64,000 nucleotides of DNA, from positions 1,801 through 65,800 of the forward strand of contig DVIT01000015.1 of the NCBI GenBank assembly GCA_018711005.1, written 5' to 3'. The notes under the pieces are model-generated. The model did not search any database. It was not told where the DNA came from and worked only from the letters and a program-made list of their open reading frames with translations. Shown here one piece after another: positions 36,929 through 47,101 of the stretch (position 1 is the first letter of the stretch; every line of letters begins with the position of its first letter). The DNA is from Candidatus Scybalocola faecigallinarum (GTDB lineage Bacteria > Bacillota > Clostridia > Lachnospirales > Lachnospiraceae). A program made the position numbers and the translations under genes.

Positions 36929-37795
36929 ATGCCATCCACGTATGCTCATTATATTTTTGGTCAGAAGATCTACCGCAATCTTACCGGAAATTTGAAAAAT
37001 ATTGTGGGTGAACATCCGCAGCTTTATAACATCGGTCTCCACGGTCCGGATATATTTTTTTATTATAAACCTTTGAGAAATAATCCTGTAAATTCCCTTG
37101 GGTTTCAAATGCACAATCAGCCCGCTTCGGACTTTTTTGCAAAAGCGGCCTATATCCTCCGGGACTTGCGATCCGATCACGCGCTGCGCAATGCGGGATT
37201 GGCTTATATTTTGGGTTTTATCTGTCACTTTGCGCTGGACAGCACATGCCATGGATATATTGAAAACAAGATCCGCAAGACAGGCATTACCCACACGGAA
37301 ATCGAAGCAGAATTTGACCGGTACCTGATGATCCGGGATCACCTGAATCCGTCAACACACCATTTAGCAGATCACATTCATCCTACCCGCAAAAACGCAC
37401 AGGTCATCCAGTCCTTCTTCGGGCAATTCAGCCAGCACCAGATCCGGAAAGCCTTATCTTCCATGGTCTGGTATAGTGATCTTTTGGCCGCTCCTGGTGC
37501 GTTTAAACGCCAGATCCTTTACATGGTCTTAAAGCTTTCCGGAAATCCACTGGAAATATGCCATCGGATCATGACCAGGGAAGCCCGTCCGGAATGTCAG
37601 GACAGCTGCCTCCGTCTGGAAAAGCTTATGGGAAAAGCATCTGTATGCTGTCTCTCCCTTATCGACAGTTATATAGATTTTCTTTATGATGATATTCCTT
37701 TGGATAAATATTTTGTAAGGACCTTTGGCCCTGAGATGAATTGGCAGTCTATACCGGTCTATTCTTATCAGGAGGAACTGAACTATGAAATTTAA
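36929..37795 (+). CDS. Zinc-dependent phospholipase C family protein
   Basis: N-terminal MPSTYAH, GLHGPD, H...HFALDSTCH, H..IEAEFD. Confidence 0.8.
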   Translation: MPSTYAHYIFGQKIYRNLTGNLKNIVGEHPQLYNIGLHGPDIFFYYKPLRNNPVNSLGFQMHNQPASDFFAKAAYILRDLRSDHALRNAGLAYILGFICHFALDSTCHGYIENKIRKTGITHTEIEAEFDRYLMIRDHLNPSTHHLADHIHPTRKNAQVIQSFFGQFSQHQIRKALSSMVWYSDLLAAPGAFKRQILYMVLKLSGNPLEICHRIMTREARPECQDSCLRLEKLMGKASVCCLSLIDSYIDFLYDDIPLDKYFVRTFGPEMNWQSIPVYSYQEELNYEI

Positions 37796-39050
37796 ACTAA
37801 ATAAACTGGAACTGAAATGGGTACTCTATGATGTAGGTAATTCAGCATTTACATTGCTTATATCCACCATCATGCCCATTTACTTTAACTTTCTCGCGGA
37901 AAATGCCGGTATTTCCGACGTAGATTATTTGGCTTACTGGGGATATGCCACCTCCATTTCAACGATCATCGTTGCGGTTTTAGGGCCTACCCTTGGAACT
38001 GCCTCGGATCTGAAAGGCTGGAAAAAGAAAATATTTATGGCCTCCCTGCTTTTTGGCGCCGTGGGCTGCGTACTTCTGGGCTTTATGTCATCATGGCTGT
38101 GGTTTCTGCTTTTATTTGTGATCGCAAAATCCGCCTATTCTTTAAGCCTTGTGATCTACGATTCCATGCTGACGGACGTTACTACAAAAGACCGTATGGA
38201 CGAAGTTTCTTCCCACGGTTATGCCTGGGGCTATATTGGCAGCTGCATTCCTTTTATTTTAAGCCTGCTCCTTGTGCTTTTTTATGAAAGCCTTGGACTG
38301 ACTATGGAAACAGCTATGAGCATTGCCTTTCTGCTGATCGCTGTGTGGTGGTTTTTACTGGCACTGCCCCTTTTTCGCTCTTATGATCAGAAACACTATG
38401 TCTCTGTTGAAAGCCATCCGGTTCGGGAAAGCTTCCGCCGCCTTGGCCGGATTTTTAAAGAATTGAAAAATGACCAAAAGGTACTTTTTTTCCTTATTGC
38501 ATTTTTCTTCTATATTGATGGTGTGTATACCATTATTGATATGGCAACAGCCTATGGTACAGCCCTTGGCCTGGACACCACCGGACTTTTGCTGGCGCTG
38601 CTCCTGACACAGATTGTTGCATTTCCCGCAGCTTTATTCTTTGGAAGGCTATCACGGAAAGTTGCCATTTCCCGAATCATCCTTGTATGTATCGGCGCCT
38701 ACTTTTTGATTGCCCTTTATGGCATGGGAATGAACCAGCAGTACCAATTCTGGATCCTGGCCGTATGTGTAGGTATTTTCCAGGGCGCTATACAGGCCAT
38801 GTCCCGTTCATACTTTGCCAAGATCATCCCGGCCGACCGTTCCGGCGAATACTTTGGCATTTATGATATTTGCGGCAAAGGCGCATCTTTTGCAGGAACG
38901 ACCCTTGTGTCTGCTGTCAGCCAGCTGACCGGCAACGTAAACCTGGGCGTAGGTGCTCTTTCCGTTATGTTTGCTATCGGATTCTGCTTTTTCATTCTGG
39001 CAGACCGTAAGCCTGCTTTAAACGCACATTTAGATTCCGCTGTCCGGTAA
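37785..39050 (+). CDS. MFS transporter, UMF1/Atg22-like family
   Basis: WVLYDVGNSAF, about 12 TMs, GWGYIG-like AWGYIGS, FFYIDG, SGEYFGIY. Confidence 0.85.
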   Translation: MKFKLNKLELKWVLYDVGNSAFTLLISTIMPIYFNFLAENAGISDVDYLAYWGYATSISTIIVAVLGPTLGTASDLKGWKKKIFMASLLFGAVGCVLLGFMSSWLWFLLLFVIAKSAYSLSLVIYDSMLTDVTTKDRMDEVSSHGYAWGYIGSCIPFILSLLLVLFYESLGLTMETAMSIAFLLIAVWWFLLALPLFRSYDQKHYVSVESHPVRESFRRLGRIFKELKNDQKVLFFLIAFFFYIDGVYTIIDMATAYGTALGLDTTGLLLALLLTQIVAFPAALFFGRLSRKVAISRIILVCIGAYFLIALYGMGMNQQYQFWILAVCVGIFQGAIQAMSRSYFAKIIPADRSGEYFGIYDICGKGASFAGTTLVSAVSQLTGNVNLGVGALSVMFAIGFCFFILADRKPALNAHLDSAVR

Positions 39051-39108
39051 ATTATCCACGCCGCAGAGTATGCGGCAGTATCTAACATGCACGAGGTGAA
39101 ATAAGGTT

Positions 39109-39252
39109 ATGAAATTGAAACAATTTAAAGTGTGGAAACGTTGTTTTATCATTCTGAGTTCTGTTGTCCTGCCTGTTCTGACAGCACTTATCGTTCTTCC
39201 GGTTTCTGTTGCATCGAAGATTGCTGACTCAGAAGATGCACAAATGATCTGA
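39109..39252 (+). CDS. Small membrane/secreted peptide, 47 aa: MKLKQFKVWKRCFIILSSVVLPVLTALIVLPVSVASKIADSEDAQMI
   Basis: ATG 39109 with AAGG and GAGGTG upstream, TGA at 39250-39252; basic N-terminus, hydrophobic helix and acidic tail; terminator follows; not in the ORF track. Confidence 0.55.
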   Translation: MKLKQFKVWKRCFIILSSVVLPVLTALIVLPVSVASKIADSEDAQMI

Positions 39253-39273
39253 ATGGGACAAGGAAAGCTTCAC

Positions 39274-39309
39274 AAAGCCCTCCGGTTTGCGGTAACCAGG
39301 GGGTTTTTT
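39274..39309 (+). terminator. Rho-independent terminator
   Basis: AAAGCCCTCCGGTT...AACCAGGGGGTTTTTT. Confidence 0.7.
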
Positions 39310-39450
39310 AATTTTAGGATTGGATGGACATCCCCCCAAAAATTTTTCTTGAAACACAAATAGCAAAATGATACTATGGTATGGAAATAGAAAAATACAG
39401 CCGTTTTTCATTCTGATTCGTCAACGGCTGTCTGAAATGAGGTAAATTTT

Positions 39451-40317
39451 ATGTGGATAGCCAATCAATGGAAAGATTATGAAGTGATCGATACATCCGG
39501 CGGCGAAAAGCTGGAGCGCTGGGGACGTTATCTCCTTGTGCGGCCGGATCCCCAGGTTATATGGAACACGCCAAAGAAGCATAGAGGATGGACAAAAATG
39601 AACGGCCACTATCACCGCAGCAGCAAAGGCGGCGGCGAGTGGGAATTTCACGACCTGCCCCAGCAGTGGAGCATTGATTATGATTCCCTTGGCCTGACCT
39701 TTCACTTAAAGCCCTTCAGCTTTAAGCATACCGGGCTTTTCCCGGAGCAGGCCGCCAACTGGGAATGGTTTTATAAAAAAATTAAAAATGCCGGACGGCC
39801 TGTAAAGGTATTAAACCTTTTTGCCTATACCGGCGGTGCATCCTGTGCAGCAGCGGCGGCAGGAGCTTTTGTAACTCATGTGGACGCATCCAAAGGCATG
39901 GTGGGCTGGGCCAAGGAAAATGCCCGCGCTTCCCATATTCCTGAAACATCCATCCGATGGATCGTTGATGACTGTGTTAAGTTTGTGGAACGGGAAATCC
40001 GCAGGGGCAATACTTATGATGCCATTATTATGGATCCCCCGTCTTACGGCCGGGGCCCTAAGGGGGAAATATGGAAAATCGAGGATTCTATCTATCCCTT
40101 TATAGAGCTTTGTACAAAGGTTTTATGTGAAAAGCCTTTGTTTTTCCTGATCAATTCCTATACAACAGGCCTTCAGCCGGCAGTTCTGACCTACATGCTC
40201 TCTACCCAGCTCCTGCCTAAATATAAGGGCCATGTAGTTTCTGATGAAGTCGGACTCCCCGTCAGTGAAAGCGGTCTCATCCTTCCCTGCGGCGCCAGCG
40301 GACGCTGGGAGGCGTAA
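39451..40317 (+). CDS. Class I SAM-dependent methyltransferase (RlmI/RlmK-like)
   Basis: HTGLFPEQ, VLNLFAYTGG, VDAS, IMDPPSYG. Confidence 0.88.
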   Translation: MWIANQWKDYEVIDTSGGEKLERWGRYLLVRPDPQVIWNTPKKHRGWTKMNGHYHRSSKGGGEWEFHDLPQQWSIDYDSLGLTFHLKPFSFKHTGLFPEQAANWEWFYKKIKNAGRPVKVLNLFAYTGGASCAAAAAGAFVTHVDASKGMVGWAKENARASHIPETSIRWIVDDCVKFVEREIRRGNTYDAIIMDPPSYGRGPKGEIWKIEDSIYPFIELCTKVLCEKPLFFLINSYTTGLQPAVLTYMLSTQLLPKYKGHVVSDEVGLPVSESGLILPCGASGRWEA

Positions 40318-40402
40318 GCTTTGGCAGCATAAGCCTGCCGTTTCGTGCATAATTTTCTTATTATAAGGGCATCCTGTCTTTAACTAATGAAAGGAGGCCC
40401 TT

Positions 40403-40597
40403 ATGAAATCTCAAGATCCCCATAAGAAAAAGGAAAAAACCCCTCCGATTCCTGAACGCCCGGACTTTGATCTGGAACAGGAACCGGAGGAATTTATTAA
40501 GGAAAATTCCAGCTATATTTCCGGCGGCAAGTGCGCACCGGACAACAATCCCTTCTGGGAGGACGGACATAATCCTTTAAGCAGCAAAGGCAACTGA
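40403..40597 (+). CDS. Small hydrophilic hypothetical protein (64 aa)
   Basis: Strong SD AAAGGAGG 5 nt before ATG; fills the intergenic space. Confidence 0.6.
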   Translation: MKSQDPHKKKEKTPPIPERPDFDLEQEPEEFIKENSSYISGGKCAPDNNPFWEDGHNPLSSKGN

Positions 40598-40620
40598 CAC
40601 TTCGATCATCGGCCATGACA

Positions 40621-41577
40621 TTATCGTTTGACATATCCGGTACGCATGTCAATAACATTGACCAAAGGCTGCCCGTTTATAAAGCGCTCCAGATTTTGGG
40701 CGCACAGATCCAATATTTTTTCCAGGGTCACATCCAGAGCAAAGCCGCCGGAAGCATGGGGCGTAATGATCGCGTTCCTTGCTTTCCACAACGGATGATC
40801 CGGCGGCAGCGGCTCCGGATCGGTCACATCTAAGCATGCGCCGCCCAGACGGCCTTCATTTAAAGCCCGGCACAAAGCCATCGTATCTACACTCATTCCC
40901 CGGCCCACATTGACCAGTACAGCAGACGGCTTCATCCGCCGTAGCATTTCTTCATTAATAATATGCCTTGTCTCGTCATAGCCCGGAAGGCTCATGGCCA
41001 CAATATCGGCTCTGGGAAGCACCTGGGCAAGGGCATCCATCGTATACTGCTCCCCGACAAAATCCGGCTTTGGACGTTTACTTCGGCGGATCCCGATAAT
41101 ATAGCTGCCCATGGCATGCATTTTTTTTGCAAAGGCAGTGCCAATATCCCCCATCCCCAAAACAAGAGTGGTGCTTTGATCTGCCACGGTCATGGGGCCA
41201 AGCCGCTGCCACTGGCAGGACTGCTGCTGCATATAATATTCATGGAGATGCTTATGGAGCATAAATACCATGGCGATCATATGCTCAGAAATGGCTGTCC
41301 CATAGGCCCCGGTGGCATTGGTAAGAACCGTCCCTTCCGGCAGGGCGCCAGGCTCACAAAAGCCTTCCGTTCCTGCATTATTGAGCTGGATCCACTTTAA
41401 ATGGCTGCACCCTGAAAGCATACTGACGGGAATATTGCCCAGGATCACATCGGCTGTGGCCGCCAGATCCGGGGTGACCTCAGACGCCAGGCAGTACACC
41501 AGCTCATGGCCCGGCGCAGCCTTTTGAAATCTTTCCTTATGCCTGTCCTTTACAGGCAGTACCACCAATATACGCAT
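40621..41577 (-). CDS. D-isomer-specific 2-hydroxyacid dehydrogenase
   Basis: GMGDIG Rossmann motif, NVGRG, DVTDPEPL, TPHASG. Confidence 0.92.
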   Translation of the reverse strand: MRILVVLPVKDRHKERFQKAAPGHELVYCLASEVTPDLAATADVILGNIPVSMLSGCSHLKWIQLNNAGTEGFCEPGALPEGTVLTNATGAYGTAISEHMIAMVFMLHKHLHEYYMQQQSCQWQRLGPMTVADQSTTLVLGMGDIGTAFAKKMHAMGSYIIGIRRSKRPKPDFVGEQYTMDALAQVLPRADIVAMSLPGYDETRHIINEEMLRRMKPSAVLVNVGRGMSVDTMALCRALNEGRLGGACLDVTDPEPLPPDHPLWKARNAIITPHASGGFALDVTLEKILDLCAQNLERFINGQPLVNVIDMRTGYVKR

Positions 41578-41592
41578 GATAAGCTCCTGTCT

Positions 41593-42414
41593 TTACCACT
41601 GTTTATTTTCAAAATTATCCGGGCTTGTCCCAAAATGCATATCCTTATTCAGTCCGTCTAATTTAGCCATATCTTCCGGATCCAGTTCAAAATCAAAAAT
41701 CCGGCTGTTTTCTGCAATACGTTCCTGATGCACGGACTTAGGGATTACGATCCAGTTTTCCTGTAATTCCCAGCGGAGGACGACCTGAGCCGGCGTTTTT
41801 TGATGTTTTGCGGCAATTTCTCCGATCACCGGATCATCCAGGACACGGCCACGGCCTAACGGCGACCATGCTTCCATAACAATGCTCAGATTATTGCAGA
41901 ACGTCCGCAGCGGCTTCTGGCTCAAATAAGGATGGCACTCCACCTGGTTCACTGCAGGAACGATCTTGGCTACAGCCATAACCCGCATCAAATGCTCCAT
42001 ATGGCAGTTGCTTACACCAATAGCACGGGCACGGCCTTCCTTATAAATCTGTTCCAGTACCTTCCAGGATTCTTCCAGGGCAGAGGATACGGGCCAGTGG
42101 ATCATATAAAGGTCCACATAATCCGTTCCAAGGAGCTCCAGGCTCCGCTCAAAAGCTTCCATCTGCTTTCCGCTGCGCATATCGTCATTCCACAGCTTCG
42201 TTGTAATAAAAATTTCTTCTCTGGGAATACCGCTTTCCCGGATCGCTTCTCCTACCATAGCCTCATTTTTATATAAAGCTGCCGTATCAATATGACGGTA
42301 GCCAGCGGCCAGGGCGTCCAGTACCGCCTGCTTTGTATCTTCTCCGGATTTGTAGACACCAAGTCCCAGCACCGGCATTTTAACACCATTATTTAAAATC
42401 TTATACTGCTCCAT
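41593..42414 (-). CDS. Aldo/keto reductase (2,5-diketo-D-gluconate reductase-like)
   Basis: GYRHIDTA..Y.NE, FITTKLW, IHWP, IGVSN, NQVECHP, IPKS. Confidence 0.94.
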   Translation of the reverse strand: MEQYKILNNGVKMPVLGLGVYKSGEDTKQAVLDALAAGYRHIDTAALYKNEAMVGEAIRESGIPREEIFITTKLWNDDMRSGKQMEAFERSLELLGTDYVDLYMIHWPVSSALEESWKVLEQIYKEGRARAIGVSNCHMEHLMRVMAVAKIVPAVNQVECHPYLSQKPLRTFCNNLSIVMEAWSPLGRGRVLDDPVIGEIAAKHQKTPAQVVLRWELQENWIVIPKSVHQERIAENSRIFDFELDPEDMAKLDGLNKDMHFGTSPDNFENKQW

Positions 42415-43192
42415 TGTTCATACTCCTTTCCTGGTTATCCTCCCGGATGACATCAAAGGCCAAAAGGGCGCCGTAATCCTTCAGCCACTGGCGGCACGCC
42501 TTATGCTCCGGGCACAGTGTTTCCACCAGCTTCCAAAAAGCGGCAGAATGGTTCATCTCTTTTAAATGGCACAGCTCATGGACAGCCACATAATCTACCA
42601 CTGAAGGCGGCGCCATGATCAGCTTCCAGTTAAACCGCAGCTCGCCCTTGCTGTTGCAGCTTCCCCACCGGCTTTTTTGCTCCCGCACCATAACCTTAGA
42701 CGGCTGTCGTCCCAAAAGGGGCGCATAAATGGCAACCCGCTGCTCCATCAGCCGCAGGGCATTTTCCCTGTACCATAAAAGCACTGCCGCTTCCATAGTC
42801 TTTACATCCACCACCGGAGTCTGTATTAAAAAGCAATCACCGGCCAAAGACACGCACACCCGGCGCACATTGGTATCATAATCCACATGGAGAGGATAGT
42901 TTTTGCCCAAATACAAAAATGGCTCTCCCTGGGCAAACCGGTGGCGGATCTTCTGACGGTTCACACGGGCTGCAGCATTGCACTTTTCCCGGATCCACGG
43001 GGCTTTCTCCAGCACAAGGGACAAAATTTCCTCTCTGCTCACATACGCCGGCGCCTTAACCAGCACCCGGCCGTCGCCATCGATCTGGATGCTTATGGTC
43101 TTTCGGCGCATACGCATCAGATCAAAGTCGATCCGTCCCTGAGTGTCCCGGACAAAATCTGCCACTGCCGGTGATCCGTTTTTCCCTTTCAC
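42401..43192 (-). CDS. YgjP/SprT-like (M48-related) metallopeptidase-family protein
   Basis: KSRWGSC, LRFNWKL, YVAVHELCH, NHSAAFW. Confidence 0.88.
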   Translation of the reverse strand: MKGKNGSPAVADFVRDTQGRIDFDLMRMRRKTISIQIDGDGRVLVKAPAYVSREEILSLVLEKAPWIREKCNAAARVNRQKIRHRFAQGEPFLYLGKNYPLHVDYDTNVRRVCVSLAGDCFLIQTPVVDVKTMEAAVLLWYRENALRLMEQRVAIYAPLLGRQPSKVMVREQKSRWGSCNSKGELRFNWKLIMAPPSVVDYVAVHELCHLKEMNHSAAFWKLVETLCPEHKACRQWLKDYGALLAFDVIREDNQERSMNNGAV

Positions 43193-43716
43193 TTAACCTC
43201 CACCTGGCACATGGCCATGGCCTTTAAAGCATTTTCATGGCTCTGGGGCGTTACCCCTGCGCAGCAGGAGCTGTCCACGGAGATCTTTGTATCCGGCAGA
43301 GCTGCCTTTAACAGCAATGCATTAGAAATCACACAAATATCTGTACATAAGCCGACCAGCTCGATCTCGTCAATAGAAGCCACCTTCTGGATGCCGTTTA
43401 AGCATCCCGCCAGGCTTAAGGAACCAAATGTAGGTTTATCAAAGATCATACTGCGCCGCTCTTTGGCCAAACGGTCAATGTCCTCCTGGAGCTGCCATCC
43501 GTCTGTATCCATAATACAGTGCTTCACCGGAAGATTTTTACCTTCCTGGGTTTCCAGATAATTTTCATCATGGGTATCTCTTGTATAAAAGATCTGGCCT
43601 TTAAAATTTTTAATTTTTTCGATCACCTTAGGTACAATGGCTTTGGCTTCCTCTGTGCCTAAAGCGCCGTCAATAAAGTCATTTTGCATATCAACGACGA
43701 CCAGCATTTTGCTCAT
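43189..43716 (-). CDS. Isochorismatase/nicotinamidase-family cysteine hydrolase
   Basis: VVDMQNDF, DTH, HC, GLCTDICV. Confidence 0.9.
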   Translation of the reverse strand: MSKMLVVVDMQNDFIDGALGTEEAKAIVPKVIEKIKNFKGQIFYTRDTHDENYLETQEGKNLPVKHCIMDTDGWQLQEDIDRLAKERRSMIFDKPTFGSLSLAGCLNGIQKVASIDEIELVGLCTDICVISNALLLKAALPDTKISVDSSCCAGVTPQSHENALKAMAMCQVEVK

Positions 43717-43848
43717 GCGCTATCTCCTCCTTAAGGCCTCATAAGGGCCGTACTGTCGCTTGTCTCAATCATATCATACCCGTTTCCGTCCGGCAAGTCT
43801 CCGGTATGCTTATGCTCCCGGAATGTAACCGTTCAGCTGGTCGAACGG

Positions 43849-44163
43849 TTACCCGCAAAGAATAATCTCTGTTACATACACTGCGACGATCGCTGCCACA
43901 GCTACCACCACCAGGCTCTTTTTAAAATATCCCAGGATAATGGCTGTCACTGTCCCGGCAATGGCCGATGCATAGTGGCCGGTGGAATAAATGATTTCCG
44001 GAAATGTCAGGGCCCCCAGCACGGCATAGGGGGTATAATCCAGGAAGGAACGCCAGAAACGGGACTTAATAGTCTTTCTGAAAAAAGTTACCGGAAGGAC
44101 TCTGGGAATGTAGGTCACCAGCGCCATAATGCCGATACATATTAAAATCCTTGTATTACTCAT
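43849..44163 (-). CDS. azlD: AzlD-family branched-chain amino acid export small subunit
   Basis: VTYIPRVLP, FLDYTPYAVLGAL. Start MSNTR at 44163. Confidence 0.85.
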   Translation of the reverse strand: MSNTRILICIGIMALVTYIPRVLPVTFFRKTIKSRFWRSFLDYTPYAVLGALTFPEIIYSTGHYASAIAGTVTAIILGYFKKSLVVVAVAAIVAVYVTEIILCG

Positions 44164-44863
44164 TTTCTTCTTCCTCCTTTTTGGGGAACAGCCACGCCCC
44201 GACAGCGGCAGCTGCCACTGTGGCAACAATGATCCGAAACCCTGACGATACAAAGGACAGAAACGGCATATATCTGAAAATACAGGTAATGACTACTGCA
44301 ATAATGATGATCAGCAGCACCTTCGCCGATTCCCGCGCCGCCGGGATGATAATGGCAATAAACATGGCATACAGGGCGATCCCCATGGCATTTTGCAGCG
44401 CCTGAGGCAGCAGTCCGGAAATACAGCAGCCGCATAATGTTCCTGCGTTCCATCCCACAATGGGAAGAATGATCAGGCCAAACATATATCCGGCCTTTAT
44501 GGGCGGCTTTTCCATGGACGCCACAACAAAGGTCTCATCCGTGATCCCAAAAGCAAAGATCAGCCTTTTCCAGATGGGGATTTTCCCGTCAATCTTTTGA
44601 GACAGGGCCAGAGACATAAGCATATATCTTAAATTGATCACAAAAGTTGTCAATCCCAATTCTCCGTAACCGGCGCCGGCCAGCATCAGGTTCATGCCGG
44701 CAAACTGCCCGGCGCTGGTCAGATTTGTTAATGAGATCATAAATCCCGCCCATATGGGCAGGCCGCTGGAAACTGCCAGAAATCCAAAAGTAAAAGACAC
44801 CGGGAAATAACCGATGCCTATAGGCAGTCCACTTTTTAAACCACGTTTAAATCCATCCTGCAT
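44156..44863 (-). CDS. azlC: AzlC-family branched-chain amino acid export permease
   Basis: SAGQF, INLRYMLMS, FGITDETF. Start MQDGF at 44863. Confidence 0.88.
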   Translation of the reverse strand: MQDGFKRGLKSGLPIGIGYFPVSFTFGFLAVSSGLPIWAGFMISLTNLTSAGQFAGMNLMLAGAGYGELGLTTFVINLRYMLMSLALSQKIDGKIPIWKRLIFAFGITDETFVVASMEKPPIKAGYMFGLIILPIVGWNAGTLCGCCISGLLPQALQNAMGIALYAMFIAIIIPAARESAKVLLIIIIAVVITCIFRYMPFLSFVSSGFRIIVATVAAAAVGAWLFPKKEEEENE

Positions 44864-45021
44864 CTTTCTCTCTCCTACAGTATTTTTCCGCAACGATCCG
44901 GCCATGAGACCAGGTTGGCACGGCCGGATCATTACTTTTCTCCCACTGGGACGGACCGCCCGCCTTGTATTTCCTGAAGGGGTTTGATATACTTAGGGCA
45001 TACTCAGGAAGGAGATCCTTT

Positions 45022-45948
45022 ATGAAATACTATTTTATCCTTAATCCCAATTCCCAGACCGGCAAAGGACGCCTCATCTGGAAAAAGCAGCTTCTGCCCT
45101 GTCTTAAAGCGTCCAAAAGCCACTGGAAAGCATTTTATACACGCTATCCCGGCCACTGCACCCAGATCGTGAGCCAGCTGACAAGCACCGGCTCCGAGCC
45201 TGTAACCATTGTGATCCTTGGCGGCGACGGCACTTTAAACGAAGCCGTCAACGGCATAAAGCATTTTGAAAATGTGACACTGGGTTATATTCCCACAGGC
45301 TCCAGCAATGATTTTGCCCGGGGCATGAAGCAAAACTCCGATCCTTTGGAGACCCTTCACAATATCCTGCAAAACAAACATGAGCTTTGGCTGGATTACG
45401 GCGTTGTCCAGGCGCCTGGCAAAGCGCCCCAGCGTTTTATCGTCAGCAGCGGCATCGGCTTTGATGCCTATGTAACCGACGAAGCGCTGACCTCTCCTAT
45501 AAAAAATGTGTTAAATGCCATCCATATGGGCAAGCTGACCTACGCCCTTATCGCCCTGAAAAAGCTGGTTACCATTTCTCTCCAGCCGGTTGTGCTGACC
45601 ATTGACGATACATACACCTTAAAGCTGCCGCGGTTTTACTTTGCCTCCAGCCACAATCTTCCCTATGAAGGCGGCGGCTTCAAATTCACGCCCCAGGCAC
45701 GGCCGGATGACGGAAAGCTGAATGTTTGCGTGGTCCACGGATTTTTAAAATGCCTGATCCCTGTCCTGCTGCCAACAGCCTTTTTCGGGCTCCACAAATA
45801 TTTCCCCGGAGTCACGCTCCTGTCCTGCAAAAAGCTTATCGTCCGCCTTGCCCATCCTTTTCCGGTCCACACAGACGGTGAAACCTATCATCCTCAGACA
45901 AAGCTTCGCATATGGTGCGAGCCTGGCAAAATCCGTTTCGTCTATTGA
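45022..45948 (+). CDS. Diacylglycerol kinase family lipid kinase (YegS/BmrU-like)
   Basis: ILNPNS, GGDGT, IPTGSSNDFA, GIGFDA, TDGE. Confidence 0.9.
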   Translation: MKYYFILNPNSQTGKGRLIWKKQLLPCLKASKSHWKAFYTRYPGHCTQIVSQLTSTGSEPVTIVILGGDGTLNEAVNGIKHFENVTLGYIPTGSSNDFARGMKQNSDPLETLHNILQNKHELWLDYGVVQAPGKAPQRFIVSSGIGFDAYVTDEALTSPIKNVLNAIHMGKLTYALIALKKLVTISLQPVVLTIDDTYTLKLPRFYFASSHNLPYEGGGFKFTPQARPDDGKLNVCVVHGFLKCLIPVLLPTAFFGLHKYFPGVTLLSCKKLIVRLAHPFPVHTDGETYHPQTKLRIWCEPGKIRFVY

Positions 45949-46457
45949 TGATTTTCTTCGCTGCCGCCGTCTTCCGCCACTGCAACAGGTGCGGTAGATG
46001 CCCGGGCAGCCTTTAACAGATCCCCGGGCGCCATTAACAGGGTCGAGCCGATGCGGCCGCCGCTGACAGCAATCTGCTTAAAATCCGTCAGCCGCACATC
46101 CATAACGGTCTTATAGCTTTTCTTCATGCCCAAAGGACTGCAGCCGCCTCGGATATATCCGGTAACTGCCTGTATATCCCGGACATGGATCATTTCCACA
46201 GACTTTTCTCCCACAGCCCTTGCCGCGGCCTTAAGATCCAGGGCCATAGCCACAGGGATCACAAAAACGTAATATTCTCCGCTCTTTCCCCGGCTCACCA
46301 GGGTTTTAAAAGAACGTTCCGGATCAACGCCTGTCTTTTGGGCTACAGTGAGCCCATCGGAAAATGTATCACACTCATACTGGATCACCTCATAAGGGAT
46401 CTTATTCTTATCTAAAAAACGCATGGCATTTGTTTTAATCTCCTTTACCTTCGCCAT
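45942..46457 (-). CDS. ybaK: Cys-tRNA(Pro) deacylase
   Basis: KTNAMR.L, FKTLV, TGYIRGGCSPLG, SGGRIG. Start MAKVK at 46457. Confidence 0.88.
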   Translation of the reverse strand: MAKVKEIKTNAMRFLDKNKIPYEVIQYECDTFSDGLTVAQKTGVDPERSFKTLVSRGKSGEYYVFVIPVAMALDLKAAARAVGEKSVEMIHVRDIQAVTGYIRGGCSPLGMKKSYKTVMDVRLTDFKQIAVSGGRIGSTLLMAPGDLLKAARASTAPVAVAEDGGSEENHQ

Positions 46458-46516
46458 GTAGTTTCCTCCTTTCCCGGCCTGCCTTTTAAGGCCATACAGG
46501 TATCCCCGAAGGGGGG
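46458..46516 (-). repeat. Dispersed 5'-UTR repeat, copy 1 (upstream of ybaK)
   Basis: 20-bp exact block ACAGGTATCCCCGAAGGGGG (46496-46515) plus TTTCCCGGCC, shared with 62409-62462. Confidence 0.75.
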
Positions 46517-46606
46517 TTCCTCCTTTCCGGCCTGCCCTTAGCGTACAAGCAGCCCGCACCGGCATGGCCGGAGCAGGCTGCGCATTTCATCATTCATTAT
46601 GATCCA

Positions 46607-47101
46607 TCAGGAAATCTTGATCGTCTTAGCCCATTCCTGGAAGTCGCTCTGAAGACCTTCATAATCCTCGCTCATGCAGAAAAACTGCACAAGCCAGAAA
46701 GCGTCAGAGCCTTCAAAAATCGTTGCATAGTAAGTAAAATCCTGGCCCTCGGAACCATTTTCATAAGTAAAATACTTAATACCGTCAGCCTCCTGAAGAT
46801 CAGTCGTTAAGCTGTTGGCATCAATGACCACCTGCCCATACTCATCCAGAGTCATGTCCGAAGAAAATCCGGCAGCTTCCAGATCTGAAAAGGTTTCTTT
46901 CAGGATGATCACCCCGGCATTGTTAGACATATAGCAAGCCGTGGCGCCTGTATCTACATCATTTTCTTCCTGGAAATTTCCCGGCAGCGTAATGGTCATC
47001 CCCGCACCTGTATCAAAGGATTTCTCCGGGGCGCCGCAGCCGGCCGCCAGTGCCATGATCATTGTCAGCGCGCATACAAAAGCAATGAATCTTTTCAACA
47101 T
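46607..47101 (-). CDS. Lipoprotein of unknown function
   Basis: Signal peptide with lipobox LAAG-C; acidic mature domain. Confidence 0.75.
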   Translation of the reverse strand: MLKRFIAFVCALTMIMALAAGCGAPEKSFDTGAGMTITLPGNFQEENDVDTGATACYMSNNAGVIILKETFSDLEAAGFSSDMTLDEYGQVVIDANSLTTDLQEADGIKYFTYENGSEGQDFTYYATIFEGSDAFWLVQFFCMSEDYEGLQSDFQEWAKTIKIS

